Assembly (NCBI GenBank): GCA_963663035.1
Contig: OY760074.1
Location: 2,208,001 to 2,272,000, forward strand
Direction: 5' to 3'
From: Acidobacteriota bacterium
GTDB lineage: Bacteria; Acidobacteriota; UBA6911; RPQK01; JADFOI01
Length of the DNA: 64,000 nucleotides
The position numbers and the translations under genes are program-made. A model generated the notes under the pieces. The model searched no databases, had not been told where the DNA came from, and saw only the letters and a program-made list of their open reading frames with translations. This document shows positions 61,107 through 64,000 of the stretch, one piece after another. Each line of letters starts with the position of its first letter. The first letter of the stretch is position 1.

Positions 61107-61496
61107 TCAGCCGGGGATCGAGTGGAGTGAGCAGTAAACACTTCCGCCCTCCACCCTGAAGCGGCCACCGTCAGGACAAGGCAGGATGGTAATGCCGTCG
61201 TTTTCCAGATCCTCGAGGGTCGGTTCTTTGCCCGGATGGGTGATGCTCCAGGTCATCAAGGCACGTTCGAGGGCCTGACGGTTCATCTGGCAAGCCATTT
61301 CCTGCCCGGCACTTTTCACCACGGTGCCGGTCTTGATCGTCTGCGTCACCCCGAACTGGTCGCTATAGCCGAAGTACAAAAGCCCGACAATCGCCAAGGC
61401 CACCAAGATAGAAATGAAGCTGAAACCTCGCTGGGACTCCACCTTGGTTTTCACTTTCACAAAAGGATTTACCACACATTTATTGTAACATTTCAA
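61107..61496 (-). CDS. Type IV pilin/pseudopilin-like protein; start uncertain
   Basis: QRG|FSFISILVALAIVGLL prepilin site; C-terminal CPDGG...CSLH. Confidence 0.7.
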   Translation of the reverse strand: MKCYNKCVVNPFVKVKTKVESQRGFSFISILVALAIVGLLYFGYSDQFGVTQTIKTGTVVKSAGQEMACQMNRQALERALMTWSITHPGKEPTLEDLENDGITILPCPDGGRFRVEGGSVYCSLHSIPG

Positions 61497-61559
61497 CTCC
61501 GTGCTCAGTCCTTGAGAGAGGCTGAAATCTTGGGATCTAATGGGAACTACCGAGGAATA

Positions 61560-61586
61560 GTCAGAGCCGTGGGCTTTAGCCCACGG
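61560..61586 (+). repeat. Single REP-A hairpin
   Basis: GTCAGAGCCGTGGGCTTTAGCCCACGG. Confidence 0.85.
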
Positions 61587-61602
61587 GGCAGTCAGCCCCT
61601 CA

Positions 61603-61983
61603 CTACCATTTGTCAGCGTACTCGGAAATCACGGGAATCGTCAGCCGTTCCCCTTGGAGCGCCTTGACGATGGCGAAGAGGTGAAAGAAGAAAATAATCA
61701 ACAAGAGAAAAGGAGAGAAGCCAAAGCCGATGATGAGTCCAAGACCTGGCAGGACAGAGATGACTGCCAGAGCCACAAAGAGAGCCAGCCAGCTCAAGGT
61801 CAAAACGAGTCCGTGCTTGGCATGCCACTGTACCTCAGCATCATCTGGTTCCACCAAAAGTGGAATCAGGGCTAAAAATCCCATGTAAGCTAAAATCAAG
61901 AGCGCCGCCTGATTCAAAGGTTTCTGCTGAGGTAGCGGCGGTGAACTCTTCTGCTCTTCGGGGGCCTCAGGTGTGTCTTTCAT
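61603..61983 (-). CDS. DUF4870/Tic20-like small membrane protein
   Basis: LAYMGFLALIPL, VQWHAKHGL, KALQGERLTIPVI; start at MKDTPE. Confidence 0.8.
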   Translation of the reverse strand: MKDTPEAPEEQKSSPPLPQQKPLNQAALLILAYMGFLALIPLLVEPDDAEVQWHAKHGLVLTLSWLALFVALAVISVLPGLGLIIGFGFSPFLLLIIFFFHLFAIVKALQGERLTIPVISEYADKW

Positions 61984-62050
61984 CGTATCTACTGGTAGCC
62001 TAGCGAAAGCCCGCAAATCCGTCAATTCAGAGACGGAAGAAGCAGCGTCC

Positions 62051-62080
62051 TTGACCCCCTTTTCATCTCCAAGATACAAT
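62051..62080 (+). promoter_or_regulatory. Sigma70-type promoter candidate
   Basis: TTGACC-N18-TACAAT upstream of an AGGAG RBS and the ATG at 62138. Confidence 0.45.
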
Positions 62081-62137
62081 CCCCTGGCCACCATGAGTGG
62101 TTTTGTCTCAAGTCTTCCGCCGAAAAGGAGAACCACA

Positions 62138-63844
62138 ATGAAAAAGGTTGTCTGGACCGCGCCCCTTGCTCTTCTTCTCTCTGCCCTGTCGTGCAGCCCG
62201 GCTTCGGCTCCCAGCGACTCCCCCTCTGATTCAGCCCGTGTCATCGAGGTGGAGTTCCCGGGAGACCGTGGGCGGAGCGAAGAGCGCAACCCGGAGTACG
62301 AGGCCAAGTGGGACGAGTTTTACACAAGCCCACACGACAGCGGGGACACCCTGGTGATTGGCACCATCGGTGACGCTGACTCCTTACACCCGCTGACTTT
62401 GGCGACAAGGGGCGCCGATCGGATCACGGGTCTTTTGTTTCTGGGCCTGACCAGAACAAATCCGGACTTTTCCCACGCTCCCTCGCTGGCAAAGTCGTGG
62501 GAGTTCTCAGAAGACCATCTGGAACTTACCTTTCACCTGCGGGACGATGTTTTCTGGCATGACGGGGAAAAGACTACCGCTCACGACGTCAAGTTCGGCT
62601 TCGAAAAGGCTCGGAATCCTAAAATTGGTTGGTCCGCCATCAAATGGCTGCAATTCATCAAGGAGTGTCAGGTCATAGACGATTACACCGTCAAGTTCAT
62701 CTTCGAGCAGATTTATCCCTACCAACTGATGGATGCTGTTGTGGCTCCCGTCCTGCCCAAGCATATTCTGGACAGGGTGCCGGACGAGGAAATGATCAAC
62801 ACCGAGTTTAACCGCGATCCTGTGGGCAACGGACCCTTCCGCTTTAAGGAGTGGAAGCCACAGCAGTATATCGAGGTGGAGGCCAACCAGGATTTCTATG
62901 CCGGCCGGCCCCCGCTTGACCGCATTATCTTCAAAGTAGTTCCCGACCAGGAGAATCTTGTCATCCAACTCAAAAGCGGTGAGATCGACTTTATGGAGAG
63001 AGTGCCGCCCCGTTTCTTTACGGAACTCTCTCGACAGGTAGATCTGGTGGCACACACCTATTTCGGCCGCGCTTACAGCTACGTTGGCTGGAACCTCCGC
63101 AATCCTCTCTTCCAGAGCAAGAAGGTGCGGCAGGCTCTGACCATGGCCATCAACCGCCAGGAAATCATCGACTCCCTCCTCCTGGAGTTCGGTCAGATCC
63201 CTACAGGTCCAGTGCTGCCCATCATCTGGGCACACAACCCGAATCTGCCCGATTTCCCCTACGACCCGGAAAAGGCCAGGCGATACCTGGGGGAAGAAGG
63301 GTGGAGGGACACGGATGGGGACGGCTGGCTGGACAAGAACGGCAAGCGCTTTTCCTTCACTTTGAAGACCAACAAGGGCAATCAGATCCGTGAGGACATC
63401 CTGATTTTTCTTCAAGACATGTTCAAGGAGGTGGGGATCGAAGTCACACCCAACATCCTGGAGTGGACCGTATTCAGTGGGGACTTGGAAAAGAAGAACT
63501 TCGAAGCTGCCGTAGCAGGCTGGAGCGTCGCGCTCAAAATGGATATGACCACCATCTGGCACTCCAATTCCATTGACGACAAATTCAACTTCGTCTCCTA
63601 TTCCAACCCCGAATTTGACCAACTCAACGACGCCGCAATCTTTGAGAGTGACGCTGAGAAGGCCAAGGAGATGTGGTGGCGAATCCAGGAGATGATTGCC
63701 GAGGATCAACCCTACACTTTTCTCTATATGCCCAAGGACATCAATTTTGTCCACAAGCGCTTCCAAAATGTCCAGATGGAAGCGGTGGGATGGAGTTACA
63801 ACCTGAATCAGTGGTGGGCTCCCAAGGATCAGCAAAAGTACTGA
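62138..63844 (+). CDS. Peptide ABC transporter substrate-binding lipoprotein (SBP family 5)
   Basis: Lipobox-like ALSC, LAKSWE, WHDGEKTTAHDVKF, PVGNGPF, VRQALTMAINR. Confidence 0.93.
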   Translation: MKKVVWTAPLALLLSALSCSPASAPSDSPSDSARVIEVEFPGDRGRSEERNPEYEAKWDEFYTSPHDSGDTLVIGTIGDADSLHPLTLATRGADRITGLLFLGLTRTNPDFSHAPSLAKSWEFSEDHLELTFHLRDDVFWHDGEKTTAHDVKFGFEKARNPKIGWSAIKWLQFIKECQVIDDYTVKFIFEQIYPYQLMDAVVAPVLPKHILDRVPDEEMINTEFNRDPVGNGPFRFKEWKPQQYIEVEANQDFYAGRPPLDRIIFKVVPDQENLVIQLKSGEIDFMERVPPRFFTELSRQVDLVAHTYFGRAYSYVGWNLRNPLFQSKKVRQALTMAINRQEIIDSLLLEFGQIPTGPVLPIIWAHNPNLPDFPYDPEKARRYLGEEGWRDTDGDGWLDKNGKRFSFTLKTNKGNQIREDILIFLQDMFKEVGIEVTPNILEWTVFSGDLEKKNFEAAVAGWSVALKMDMTTIWHSNSIDDKFNFVSYSNPEFDQLNDAAIFESDAEKAKEMWWRIQEMIAEDQPYTFLYMPKDINFVHKRFQNVQMEAVGWSYNLNQWWAPKDQQKY

Positions 63845-63915
63845 AGTTCTCCGGCTCAATCTCCTGAAAAACCGAGGGCAGCGGATTTTGCCGTTCGGAG
63901 AGAGTTTGGAATATG

Positions 63916-64000
63916 CCCGGAGTATGCATAGGTTCTCGTCATGAAGCGGCGAAAGCGCCGGCCTGACAAGGCGCGCGACGGAAGCCCCCGCAAACGTACT
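63916..64000 (+). mobile_element. MITE family 1, copy F (runs off the window)
   Basis: CCCGGAGTATGCATAGGTTCTCGTCATGAAGCGGCGAAAGCGCCGG, close to copy C. Confidence 0.85.

Noticed and set aside
62507-63859. 450-aa minus-strand ORF
   Set aside because: Antisense shadow of the ABC substrate-binding gene; no recognisable motifs
1-64000. tRNA, rRNA, integrase or reverse transcriptase genes
   Set aside because: None recognised by eye; a tRNAscan/Rfam run would be needed to exclude them fully

Overview
A ~54% GC bacterial chromosomal window; gene content and order suggest Acidobacteriota (inference). In order it holds: the 3' part of an Lhr helicase, a GT9 glycosyltransferase, three tandem TMTC-like GT-C/TPR genes, tyrS, and a dcw cluster (mraZ to ftsZ, without murB or ddl). 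Next come a DAACS symporter, proS, glyA, a DinG/YoaA helicase, nadK, an HDAC-family deacetylase, an S1/P1-like nuclease, polX, recD2 and two aminotransferases. These are followed by an operon of two GctAB-type CoA-transferase pairs around a UbiD decarboxylase, an IS3 with an IS1380 nested inside it at a deletion junction, an amidohydrolase, an acyl-CoA ligase, a pilin-like gene and a peptide ABC binding protein. The most unusual signal is non-coding, with four interleaved repeat systems. (1) Six co-oriented 145-238 bp rod-folding elements with compensatory stem changes, whose ends match the resident IS1380. (2) A second MITE family with 31-bp TIRs and a 3-bp TSD, one copy splitting an aminotransferase gene. 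(3) REP-like hairpins in two covarying variants. (4) Heptamer tandem arrays that carry stop codons in all three frames and sit at gene ends. All calls come from reading the sequence by eye; no database searches were run.
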